Virus genome (UHGV): UHGV-0159506
From: a virus
Direction: 5' to 3' (one strand)
Length of the DNA stretch: 17,827 nt
Shown: positions 11,062 to 17,827 of the stretch, in pieces
Layout: each line of letters starts with the position of its first letter
How positions within the stretch are numbered: the first letter of the stretch is position 1
The notes under the pieces: generated by a model
Database searches by the model: none
What the model was told of the DNA's origin: nothing
Seen by the model: the letters and a program-made list of their open reading frames with translations, nothing else
Translations under genes and position numbers: made by a program

Positions 11062-12426
11062 TTAATAATCCTCTTGCCAGTCAGCACCAGCATAGTTATC
11101 AAACCGTGAGTATTGGCCGTTAAAAGCCAATCTCACCGTGCCAATTGGGCCATTTCGTTGCTTTCCGATAATTACCTCGGCAATGCCCTTCATTTCGCTA
11201 TCCGGGTGATAAACTTCGTCGCGATACAGAAACATGATCAGGTCTGCGTCCTGCTCAATTGCTCCTGATTCACGTAAATCTGAATTTACCGGTCGTTTGT
11301 CCGCACGCTGTTCAAGCGATCGATTAAGTTGTGACAATGCCACCACCGGTACTTGTAATTCCTTCGCCAACGCCTTCAGTGAGCGAGAAATCTCGGCAAT
11401 TTCCAGCGTTCGGTTATCTTGCAGCTCGGGGACGCGCATAAGTTGCAGGTAGTCGATCATAATCATGCTCAAACCACCATTTTCTTTATAAACACGACGA
11501 GCGCGGGAACGAAGCTCTGTAGGTGTCAGGGCGCTTGAGTCATCAATAAAAATATTCTGCTTGTCCAACAGAATACCCATTGCGCCAGAAACCCGCGCCC
11601 AATCCTCGTCGTTAAGTTGCCCTGTTCGAATACGAGTCTGATCAACGCGTGCAAGAGAAGCCAGTGAGCGCATCATCAGCTGGTGGCTCGGCATCTCAAG
11701 GCTAAAAACCAATACGGGCTTATCGTTACGGACTGCGGCATTTTCGACGAGATTCATCGCAAACGTGGTCTTCCCCATAGATGGGCGGGCGGCGACAATG
11801 ATGAGATCGGACGGCTGAAGCCCTGCCGTCTTCTTATTGAGATCGGTAAATCCCGTATCAAGCCCCGTTACACCATCATGTGGTCGCTGAAACAACTCTT
11901 CTATGCGAGATACCGTTGCATCGAGAATGCTGGCGATATCTTTTGGACCACTACCGCTCTTTTGTCGTTTTTCAGCTATTTCAAAAACGCGGCGCTCGGC
12001 CATATCCAGCAATTCATTGCTGCCCCTGCCATCCTGCGCATATCCAGCTTCGGCTATTTCATTTGCGACGGAAATCATTTCACGAACAACCGCGCGTTCA
12101 CGAACGATATCCGCATAAGCACAAATATTTGCCGCGCTGGGCGTGTTCTTTGACATCTCCGCAAGGTACGCAAAACCACCGGCGCGTTCTAATTTACCGT
12201 TCTGTTCAAGTGCTTCAGCAAGTGTTATCAAATCAATCGGTTTGCCATGACTTAATAACCTCTCCATCTCACTGAAAATTTCACGATGAGCACTGGTATA
12301 AAAATCATCAGCAACTATACGATCTGCAACTTCATCCCAGCGGCAGTTATCAAGCATTAAGCCACCAAGTACAGCTTGTTCTGCACTAAGGGAATTTGGC
12401 ATGGATTCAAGAGGGGATGCAGACAT
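11062..12426 (-). CDS. ban: DnaB-family replicative helicase (phage P1 Ban-like)
   Basis: Track ORF of 456 aa, co-linear and highly similar to E. coli DnaB as I recall it (AEQAVLGGLMLDN, SDLIIVAARPSMGKTTFAMN, RNGPIGTVRLAFNGQYSRFDNY). The likely start is the ATG at 12424-12426, preceded by GGTGGAG. The context (tRNA-Ile, TerB-like gene, tRNA-Thr/Asn, methyltransferase) matches my recollection of the P1 ban region. Confidence 0.9.
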   Translation of the reverse strand: MSASPLESMPNSLSAEQAVLGGLMLDNCRWDEVADRIVADDFYTSAHREIFSEMERLLSHGKPIDLITLAEALEQNGKLERAGGFAYLAEMSKNTPSAANICAYADIVRERAVVREMISVANEIAEAGYAQDGRGSNELLDMAERRVFEIAEKRQKSGSGPKDIASILDATVSRIEELFQRPHDGVTGLDTGFTDLNKKTAGLQPSDLIIVAARPSMGKTTFAMNLVENAAVRNDKPVLVFSLEMPSHQLMMRSLASLARVDQTRIRTGQLNDEDWARVSGAMGILLDKQNIFIDDSSALTPTELRSRARRVYKENGGLSMIMIDYLQLMRVPELQDNRTLEIAEISRSLKALAKELQVPVVALSQLNRSLEQRADKRPVNSDLRESGAIEQDADLIMFLYRDEVYHPDSEMKGIAEVIIGKQRNGPIGTVRLAFNGQYSRFDNYAGADWQEDY

Positions 12427-12706
12427 TAGCACTCCACCCAGGCGTGCTGAATGTCAGATATAATCGGCATACTCAAATCACTCCTAACGATATGAGTCAT
12501 CACCAGAAAATCAGGATTAATTCGCCGGACTCTTCCCGGCTGTCACACCGAATCGCCAAGATGGTGAATCCGCAGTCCGACGCTATGAACGGGGCTTGCA
12601 CATTCCGGCTACCTGGTTTGTTGCCTGAGCTAGGGGAAAGGTTACCCCTTTAACGTCACCAGACCGCTAACGACGCATGTGCCAGACGCCGTGTTACAAC
12701 CAAATA

Positions 12707-12782
12707 TGGTGGCCCCTACCGGACTTGAACCGGTGACCGTGCGATTATGAGTCGCCAGCTCTAACCACTGAGCTAAAGGGCC
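12707..12782 (-). tRNA. tRNA-Ile (anticodon CAU, lysidine type; Met cannot be fully excluded), CCA encoded
   Basis: Manually folded cloverleaf: acceptor GGCCCTT/AGGGGCC, D-arm GCTC-AGTGGTTA-GAGC, anticodon loop CTCATAA, T-arm ACCGG-TTCAAGT-CCGGT. It closely resembles E. coli ileX as I recall it. Confidence 0.8.
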
Positions 12783-12785
12783 GGA

Positions 12786-12893
12786 TTACTGTTTCCTGAG
12801 TGCTTCTATGACGCCAGCAATACCGCCTACAACTATGCCAGCAATGACAACGAGAACAATTGGATGCTTGTCAGCAAAATCCCAGAAGCCCAT
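12786..12893 (-). CDS. 35-aa hydrophobic peptide, predicted single-pass membrane protein
   Basis: Not in the track (below 60 aa). Its ATG overlaps the upstream TGA (TGATG). Translation is MGFWDFADKHPIVLVVIAGIVVGGIAGVIEALRKQ. Confidence 0.4.
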   Translation of the reverse strand: MGFWDFADKHPIVLVVIAGIVVGGIAGVIEALRKQ

Positions 12894-13057
12894 CACTGAT
12901 CCTTAGAAGCTGTTTTTAATATCGGCCATACCAATGTTACAGCTACTGCCACCAACGCCCCGTCCGATAAAACTGACAGGATTGTGCTGGTGAAATCCAC
13001 CAGCACGGACAGCAAGAGAAAACCAATGGCGATTGCGATACGTGCCTTGCTTGCCAT
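12893..13057 (-). CDS. 54-aa hydrophobic peptide, predicted membrane protein
   Basis: Not in the track. Its ATG overlaps the TerB-like gene's TAA (TAATG). Translation is MASKARIAIAIGFLLLSVLVDFTSTILSVLSDGALVAVAVTLVWPILKTASKDQ. Confidence 0.45.
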   Translation of the reverse strand: MASKARIAIAIGFLLLSVLVDFTSTILSVLSDGALVAVAVTLVWPILKTASKDQ

Positions 13058-13491
13058 TACAGATAATCTTCCACACGAAGACCTAAACGACGGCCTACTT
13101 CTTCCAGTACTTTGTGTTCTGCTGGCTCGATTTCACCGTCCGCTTCTGCAATTGTCAGCATGTTAACGAATACTTCTTCCGCTTCTTTTGGATCGTTTTT
13201 GATATCTTCAATTTCGCGAAGGATATTCATGCGACCAACACGGAAGCCAGCTTCCAGTTGCTCGGTAAAGCGGGTAATTGTTGCAGTAATTTCGTTACCA
13301 AAATGACTAAGACGCGGATTAGAGCGGACAAGCTGATCAAGTTTCGCTGTTTCTTCTTTTTCGATTTCACCATCAGCGGCAGACACCAACAAACAGCCAC
13401 CGATACTGGCCTCCATCAGATCGCGATTCTCAACTTTTTTCAGCTCTACTTTTGCAGAAGCGACTTTCTTGCCGAACAATTTACCGAACAT
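13057..13491 (-). CDS. tciA: TerB-like (tellurite-resistance TerB domain) protein, P1 TciA-like
   Basis: Track ORF of 144 aa with ATG start and GAGGG SD. It has the two TerB-like acidic ADG-containing helices (LLVSAADGEIEKEE, LTIAEADGEIEPAEHKVLEEVGRRLGL). Confidence 0.75.
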   Translation of the reverse strand: MFGKLFGKKVASAKVELKKVENRDLMEASIGGCLLVSAADGEIEKEETAKLDQLVRSNPRLSHFGNEITATITRFTEQLEAGFRVGRMNILREIEDIKNDPKEAEEVFVNMLTIAEADGEIEPAEHKVLEEVGRRLGLRVEDYL

Positions 13492-14241
13492 TGGTTATCC
13501 CTCAATAAAAGTGACATATTTATTAGATTGCGGTGCCGGGTTCCTCCCGGTGTCCTTTGGCTGGTTATCCACCGTGGACGGGGAAACAAGGAGAAATGAA
13601 TGGACTGATATAACCATTTCCCCGCGTGCGCTTAGCCGCATTCACCGCAACGGAAAGAGCATTCTTGGTGGACCTGTAGATTGGGATATGAACCCGTTAC
13701 AGGAGAATGCTCTTACCTTTTACGTGCTCCGTTTCGTGGAGCTAACGGCGGGTGATCGGGCCGCACCAGACTGGACTTATTTCAGCGTTATGCTCATGCC
13801 AGAGAATCAAACTGTGATGGTCGGTGCTGAACTCCGACACAGGGTTGTAGCAAGCCCCACAAAGCGCGCACTACTGTAGTTGCGGCACATCAGCCTGTGC
13901 ATTCACCACAATGTTGAGAACACTGGTTGTCACGCTGCAACGCAACATTTATTCGTAGATTGGGATATGACCCCGTTACGCCAGTGTTCTCAACGTTGTA
14001 GTGCCGGTTACGGTTCCGGCCAGGCCTCTTCCTCAACGGGGTGTTCTCCATACGGACTACCGTTTATTGGTCGTTCCTGCGGTTTATGTTGTGAAGCCAG
14101 ATGCTTATCTTCTGGTTGCTTCAAAGAGCTGCACTTCATCACAACGGTAAGAGCACTGATACGGTTGGTTTTTGCCTCCGGATCGACTTGCGTCTTGTGT
14201 GCTGGCCCGCTCATCGCCAATGCTCTTACCTGTTGTGTTGG

Positions 14242-14314
14242 TGCCGATTAACGGACTCGAACCGCTGACATCCTGCTTACAAGGCAGGCGCTCTACCAAC
14301 TGAGCTAAACCGGC
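14242..14314 (-). tRNA. tRNA-Thr (anticodon UGU)
   Basis: Manual fold: acceptor GCCGGTT/AATCGGC, D-arm GCTC-AGTTGGTA-GAGC, anticodon stem CCTGC/GCAGG with loop CTTGTAA, T-arm with TTCGAGT loop. It is separated from tRNA-Asn by about 2 nt. Confidence 0.8.
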
Positions 14315-14316
14315 AT

Positions 14317-14392
14317 TGGCGATGGTGGATGGATTTGAACCATCGACCCGTTGATTAACAGTCAACCGCTCTAACCACTGAGCTACACCATC
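14317..14392 (-). tRNA. tRNA-Asn (anticodon GUU), CCA encoded
   Basis: Manual fold: acceptor GATGGTG/CACCATC, D-arm GCTC-AGTGGTTA-GAGC, anticodon stem GTTGA/TCAAC with loop CTGTTAA, T-loop TTCAAAT, discriminator G followed by CCA. Confidence 0.8.
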
Positions 14393-14856
14393 ACTTGCCG
14401 GGTACGTCTCCGGCGAGGGCTTCCACCTCCGTATGCTTTTCGGCGCACCGCGCCCTGACTGCAATTCGGTAACAGGGGATGCATAACCCTGGCTTCCAGC
14501 GTGATTAGCGCCTTCAGCATGACGGGATATACCCGTAAATTCGTGGAACTGTACCCAAAGTGCTGTTAAGCACCGCTGTTACGCTGAAAAGAAGACGCAA
14601 CAGGAAAGGACGCTGACCAACAGATGGCCCCTTCTCGTTCATCTGGTTAATCACACCAGCGCCCTTACCTGTTGTGCCTCCCCGTTCCCTAATACACAGA
14701 CGGGGACACTCTGCGGTCGATTTTTTGACGGGGGACGACTCATACCCCGTGGCATCTGGCTTCTTAGGCCGCTACCATCATCAGATCATCGTTTGCATTT
14801 ACTTTAATGGTCAGTTTCTAAACCGCCGCAAAGTCGCTAACCATGACGAAAACCCT

Positions 14857-14883
14857 GAAAAAAACGCCCACCCGAAGATGGGC
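14857..14883 (-). terminator. rho-independent terminator within the leader upstream of the tRNA/helicase operon
   Basis: On the minus strand: GCCCAUC-UUCG-GGUGGGC (7-bp stem with one G-U pair, UUCG tetraloop) followed by GUUUUUUUC. It lies about 165 nt downstream of the operator-controlled promoter. Confidence 0.6.
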
Positions 14884-15047
14884 AAACTGGAAGCTCGTAA
14901 CGCACTTCGGTGTTGCCACTTAGGCGTATGGTCAACCTGGCAACTCGGCGTCATGAGGGGGAAGGAGTCACTACCCCGCCATACTTGCCGCCGCGCCTGT
15001 CGCGGCTAACAGCTAAATCGCTCTATAAATCACGATTCATTGAGGCG

Positions 15048-15077
15048 ATATTACACTAATAAATTTATTAGAGCAAT
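15048..15077 (-). promoter_or_regulatory. sigma70-type promoter overlapped by a palindromic pair of C1 operator sites
   Basis: The minus strand reads ATTGCTCTAATAAATTT, a 17/17 match to the P1 C1 operator consensus, at 15061-15077. An overlapping 15/17 site lies on the plus strand at 15050-15066. The -35 TTGCTC, a 17-nt spacer and the -10 TAATAT are read off the minus strand. The methyltransferase stop codon is embedded in the operator. Confidence 0.6.
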
Positions 15078-16978
15078 ATGCCTAAAACGTCATGAGCAAC
15101 ACCTCGAGTGTCCCCCTTACAAGACACAGAACGTCTGGCAAAGAGAGGTTCCACTCTGAAGCCACTGTCCTGATAAAGCTCTCTGATGTTTGGCGCGCCA
15201 CTGTTAGTAATGAGTACCTTTGCACCTCGGCGATGAGCATCCGTCAACAGAGACACCAGGCGTTTTTGCTCTTCAAACTTAAAGTCATGACCGGAATAGT
15301 TCGTGAATCCCTCTGTATTTGGAAGCGGTTCATACGGCGGATCGCAAAAGATGACATCTCCTTCTCCGGCAGCTTCAATCACCGCTGCAAAATCACCGCA
15401 TACAAACTCAGACCGCCCTTCCGCACCGAGGAAGGCTTCCATCTCCTGTAATGGAAAATGCGTAGACTTATACTTCCCATACCCTACATTGAACTCACCG
15501 GCCTGGTTGTAGCGCGTCAATCCATTAAAACAATGTCGGTTCAGGAACAAAAACGCCGCTGCGCGATGTAAATCATCATAGACTTGTTTGTTAAACGCAT
15601 TCCGTACTGCCAGGAATCCCTCCTGGGTGTTGTAGTCCAAGAAGAAACGATGTGCCAGAGTGATAAGTGAATGCGCCTCGCGTTGCAGAGTCTTGTAAAA
15701 GTTAATCAGGTCAGCATTCACATCATTTAGCAGATTTTCCTGGTATCCGGCATTCATGAAGACAGCTCCGCCACCGACGAAAGGTTCAATCAGGCGCTTC
15801 CCTTCTGGCAAATAGCGAAAGATTTGTTCCAGAACACCAAATTTTCCACCAGCCCATTTGAATATGGACCGTTCGAATTCTGCCGCTGGTTTAACTTTTC
15901 GCTCTTTTGTTTCACTCCCTTCATTCTGCCGACATGCAGCCTTGGTAATCCGATCGCCAATCCAGCGCATTACTGGTATTGCCATACTATTGCCGATCGC
16001 TTTGTAACGCGGTCCGTCAGCTGCAAGCATCGCGGCCTCTTCTTCGCTTAAATCAGGATAGTTATTGCGAAGGTATGCCAGTTCATCTGAAGAAACTTTT
16101 TTACGCTTTTCCGTAGGGATCAACGTATGCCCATCAGGAAAACCTTGCAGCCTTTCACATTCGACAGGGGTAAGACGGCGTATTCTACCGTCGCCGAGCA
16201 ATACAATTGGTGCTTCATGGTTACATGTCAAAGTTGGTGCCGAATTATCGGTTTTTATCTCAGCCCCTCCTTGCCCATGTGCCATGGCAACTATGTTTGT
16301 ATCATCGCAAGATCTGATAGCGATGTTTGAAGTATATCTGGTAGTTTCCTTCCCCTCGCCTCTGCTCGGCGCAATATCCCGGCGCACGCCTTCGAACTCA
16401 AAAAGTACCGTTGCGGGATCGAGGTCTGTTCGAGCACTTGCGACAACAAACACGCGTCGGCGTCGTTGTGCCACTCCGAAGTATTGGGCATCAAGGATTC
16501 TCCAGGCCACTTTTCGCTGCGGTCCATAAATACAACCACACTGCGGCCACTTTGGAGCATGGCAACCGGTTTTGCCATCCCACCGCCAGAACGCGTTACT
16601 TTTTCCTGATTCAGGTCGATCACCTGGTTCAAATGGCGCATCTTCTCCAGCCAATCCGGCAAGGAAACATCCGAAGGCGTTATCTGCCGATGACAAGACT
16701 CCTGGGACATTTTCCCAGACAATAACGGCTGGTTTGAGAAATGACTCAGCCCGTTTGTCGTCAATTGCATTTGCAAGCTCCACATACTTTAAAGTTAGCG
16801 CGCCACGCTCATCATCAAGCCCACCACGTAATCCAGCGATACTGAATGCCTGACAGTTATGGACCACCGCACCATTGAGGATATAGGAATGATCACCTTC
16901 GACTTCTATGTTGTATACAGTATCTAGGCCTACCGATTTAAACTCTTTGACTGTTCGTAAAAGCATTCCGTGAGCCAA
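15068..16978 (-). CDS. dmt: bifunctional DNA methyltransferase: C5-cytosine domain (motifs IV-X) fused to Dam-like N6-adenine domain; the first ~41 codons are the intein C-terminal segment
   Basis: Track ORF of 636 aa. C5 motifs present: IV (CQAFSIAG), VI (ENVPG), VIII (QRRRRVF), IX (RLTPVECERLQGFPD), X (IGNSMAIPV). Dam motifs present: KWAGGK, EPFVGGGAVF, DPPY. Motifs I-III are absent because the N-terminal part lies upstream of the intein. As drawn, the ORF begins at a TTG four codons after an in-frame TAA; the ATG five codons in (MLLRTVKEF) is a plausible start. Confidence 0.8.
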   Translation of the reverse strand: MAHGMLLRTVKEFKSVGLDTVYNIEVEGDHSYILNGAVVHNCQAFSIAGLRGGLDDERGALTLKYVELANAIDDKRAESFLKPAVIVWENVPGVLSSADNAFGCFLAGLAGEDAPFEPGDRPESGKSNAFWRWDGKTGCHAPKWPQCGCIYGPQRKVAWRILDAQYFGVAQRRRRVFVVASARTDLDPATVLFEFEGVRRDIAPSRGEGKETTRYTSNIAIRSCDDTNIVAMAHGQGGAEIKTDNSAPTLTCNHEAPIVLLGDGRIRRLTPVECERLQGFPDGHTLIPTEKRKKVSSDELAYLRNNYPDLSEEEAAMLAADGPRYKAIGNSMAIPVMRWIGDRITKAACRQNEGSETKERKVKPAAEFERSIFKWAGGKFGVLEQIFRYLPEGKRLIEPFVGGGAVFMNAGYQENLLNDVNADLINFYKTLQREAHSLITLAHRFFLDYNTQEGFLAVRNAFNKQVYDDLHRAAAFLFLNRHCFNGLTRYNQAGEFNVGYGKYKSTHFPLQEMEAFLGAEGRSEFVCGDFAAVIEAAGEGDVIFCDPPYEPLPNTEGFTNYSGHDFKFEEQKRLVSLLTDAHRRGAKVLITNSGAPNIRELYQDSGFRVEPLFARRSVSCKGDTRGVAHDVLGILL

Positions 16979-17827
16979 TCTTGATTTACGTTACAATGTC
17001 TGCGGGCAGATTGTTACCTGATAATAATTCCGTTGATTTACCACGCGATCCTCGATCACTTTTTTGGGCTCAACTTCAATAAAGCTGACCGAAGAAACAT
17101 AACCACAAGTCTGTGACAACCCCGCAACGCCCCAAGCAAGCGCAGGACTAACACTATTAATTCTAAATCCCGCTTTACCACTTGGTGTCCCATCAGTATC
17201 AAGATAGCCTTGTAAAAACACATGACGCAATGGATGCGACATCACCCATGCAGGGATACGCTTAGCATGGCTTAACTCGCCAAAATGTTCATTAAGCCAA
17301 TTGGCATAACACGTATCATTCAAGGTTACTTTGATGCGCCCTCGGATTTCGCTTGCCACGGAAAATATGTTTTCTGGTATGCGGCAATGAAACTTTCTCA
17401 ATTTCTGGCAATTTATGCCAAAAACAACCGCCTTCTTAGATTTACCTCTCCATCTCCTAATATATCCATCGCCAACATAAGCGCCCGCAAGATACATAGC
17501 CTGTTCTTCAGACAAGAACCGAGAACAAATATCTGGAGATGCAATATTGAAATTAGTTAGAGCGCACCATTGATATCCCGGCATATCACATGCTGCTCGC
17601 CATTCCGGTTCAGACAACAACTCTCTCTTAAAATATGTGCCATTTTTCCGGGTGTTTTGGGCTTTCCACCGAACAGCCAGGAAGGGATGGTCATTGGTTG
17701 TTCTTATACCTAAAGGCTGCCCAACGGCATTAAGTAACCCCGTATTAGCTATTTTTGAACCAACTCTTTTTACTTGTTGTAACCGCCCGAGATGACTGAC
17801 TACGTAATCGCCAGGGCAAACATCTTC
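16856..17827 (-). mobile_element. intein (Hint blocks B, F, G plus LAGLIDADG endonuclease) inserted at the PCQ catalytic cysteine of the C5-methyltransferase, carrying an internal in-frame stop
   Basis: Blocks F/G (VYNIEVEGDHSYILNGAVVHN) are immediately followed by the +1 Cys of CQAFS (motif IV). The intein start (Cys1) and the N-extein lie beyond the right edge of the window. Confidence 0.7.
16991..17827 (-). CDS. intein N-terminal splicing region plus double-motif LAGLIDADG homing-endonuclease domain (5' end beyond window)
   Basis: The track ORF 16991..17620 is an artefact of start-codon choice. My translation of the same frame is open to the window edge and contains the block-B-like GIRTTNDHPFLAV, followed by LAGAYVGDGYI and FLQGYLDTDGT. 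The ORF ends at the TAA at 16991-16993. Confidence 0.7.
   Translation of the reverse strand, partial: EDVCPGDYVVSHLGRLQQVKRVGSKIANTGLLNAVGQPLGIRTTNDHPFLAVRWKAQNTRKNGTYFKRELLSEPEWRAACDMPGYQWCALTNFNIASPDICSRFLSEEQAMYLAGAYVGDGYIRRWRGKSKKAVVFGINCQKLRKFHCRIPENIFSVASEIRGRIKVTLNDTCYANWLNEHFGELSHAKRIPAWVMSHPLRHVFLQGYLDTDGTPSGKAGFRINSVSPALAWGVAGLSQTCGYVSSVSFIEVEPKKVIEDRVVNQRNYYQVTICPQTL

Noticed and set aside
11683-12275. Plus-strand ORFs (11683..12153, 11880..12275, 11903..12118) inside the DnaB-like gene
   Set aside because: They are antisense to a confidently identified helicase gene.
13588-13613. Strong AAGGAG followed by a 5-codon mini-ORF (MNGLI)
   Set aside because: The SD-to-ATG spacing is only about 2 nt and the ORF is too short, so it is probably a chance occurrence. 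It is noted under the repeat-region finding instead.
14105-14464. Minus-strand ORF of 119 aa and plus-strand ORF 13880..14251 overlapping the tRNA-Thr and tRNA-Asn genes
   Set aside because: They overlap the manually folded tRNA genes, and the translation includes the tRNA-encoded GSNPST-like peptide typical of tRNA shadow ORFs.
14674-15009. Plus-strand ORF of 111 aa in the leader region
   Set aside because: It has no RBS or recognisable domain, and it lies in a region better explained as a structured leader between promoter and tRNAs.
15092-16529. Several plus-strand track ORFs (15092..15451, 15303..15512, 15824..16051, 16065..16529, 16127..16330, 16411..16725)
   Set aside because: They lie antisense to the well-supported methyltransferase gene, have no domain features and have low-complexity composition. 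They are treated as shadow ORFs.

Overview
This window reads as a segment of a P1-like temperate phage (phage-plasmid) genome. All calls are from reading the sequence and the ORF track by eye; no searches were run, and small-feature coordinates may be off by 1-2 nt. Right to left on the minus strand: an intein-interrupted bifunctional DNA methyltransferase (C5-cytosine domain followed by a Dam-like N6-adenine domain), a repressor-operator-controlled promoter with a structured leader and terminator, tRNA-Asn and tRNA-Thr, a TerB-like gene with two tiny membrane-peptide ORFs, tRNA-Ile(CAU), a DnaB-family helicase (Ban-like) and a coupled GT-B glycosyltransferase-like gene. These converge on a plus-strand block of six genes (5288-10017) ending in baseplate hub-like and spike (gpV-like) genes, with a bidirectional terminator between the two blocks. 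The left 5 kb is a tightly coupled minus-strand operon encoding a zinc-ribbon protein, a VRR-NUC nuclease, two paralogous DUF115/GT42-like proteins, a lambda-type Ser/Thr phosphatase and a GT-A-like glycosyltransferase, followed by a terminator and a 420-aa coiled-coil protein. Three loci match the P1 C1 operator consensus ATTGCTCTAATAAATTT (one 17/17 site paired with an overlapping 15/17 site, a single 15/17 site, and a pair of 14/17 sites). The most unusual observation is the intein (Hint blocks plus a double-motif LAGLIDADG endonuclease) sitting exactly at the catalytic PCQ cysteine of the methyltransferase and carrying an in-frame stop codon, which leaves a Met-initiated 37-aa IntC-like segment fused to the methyltransferase.
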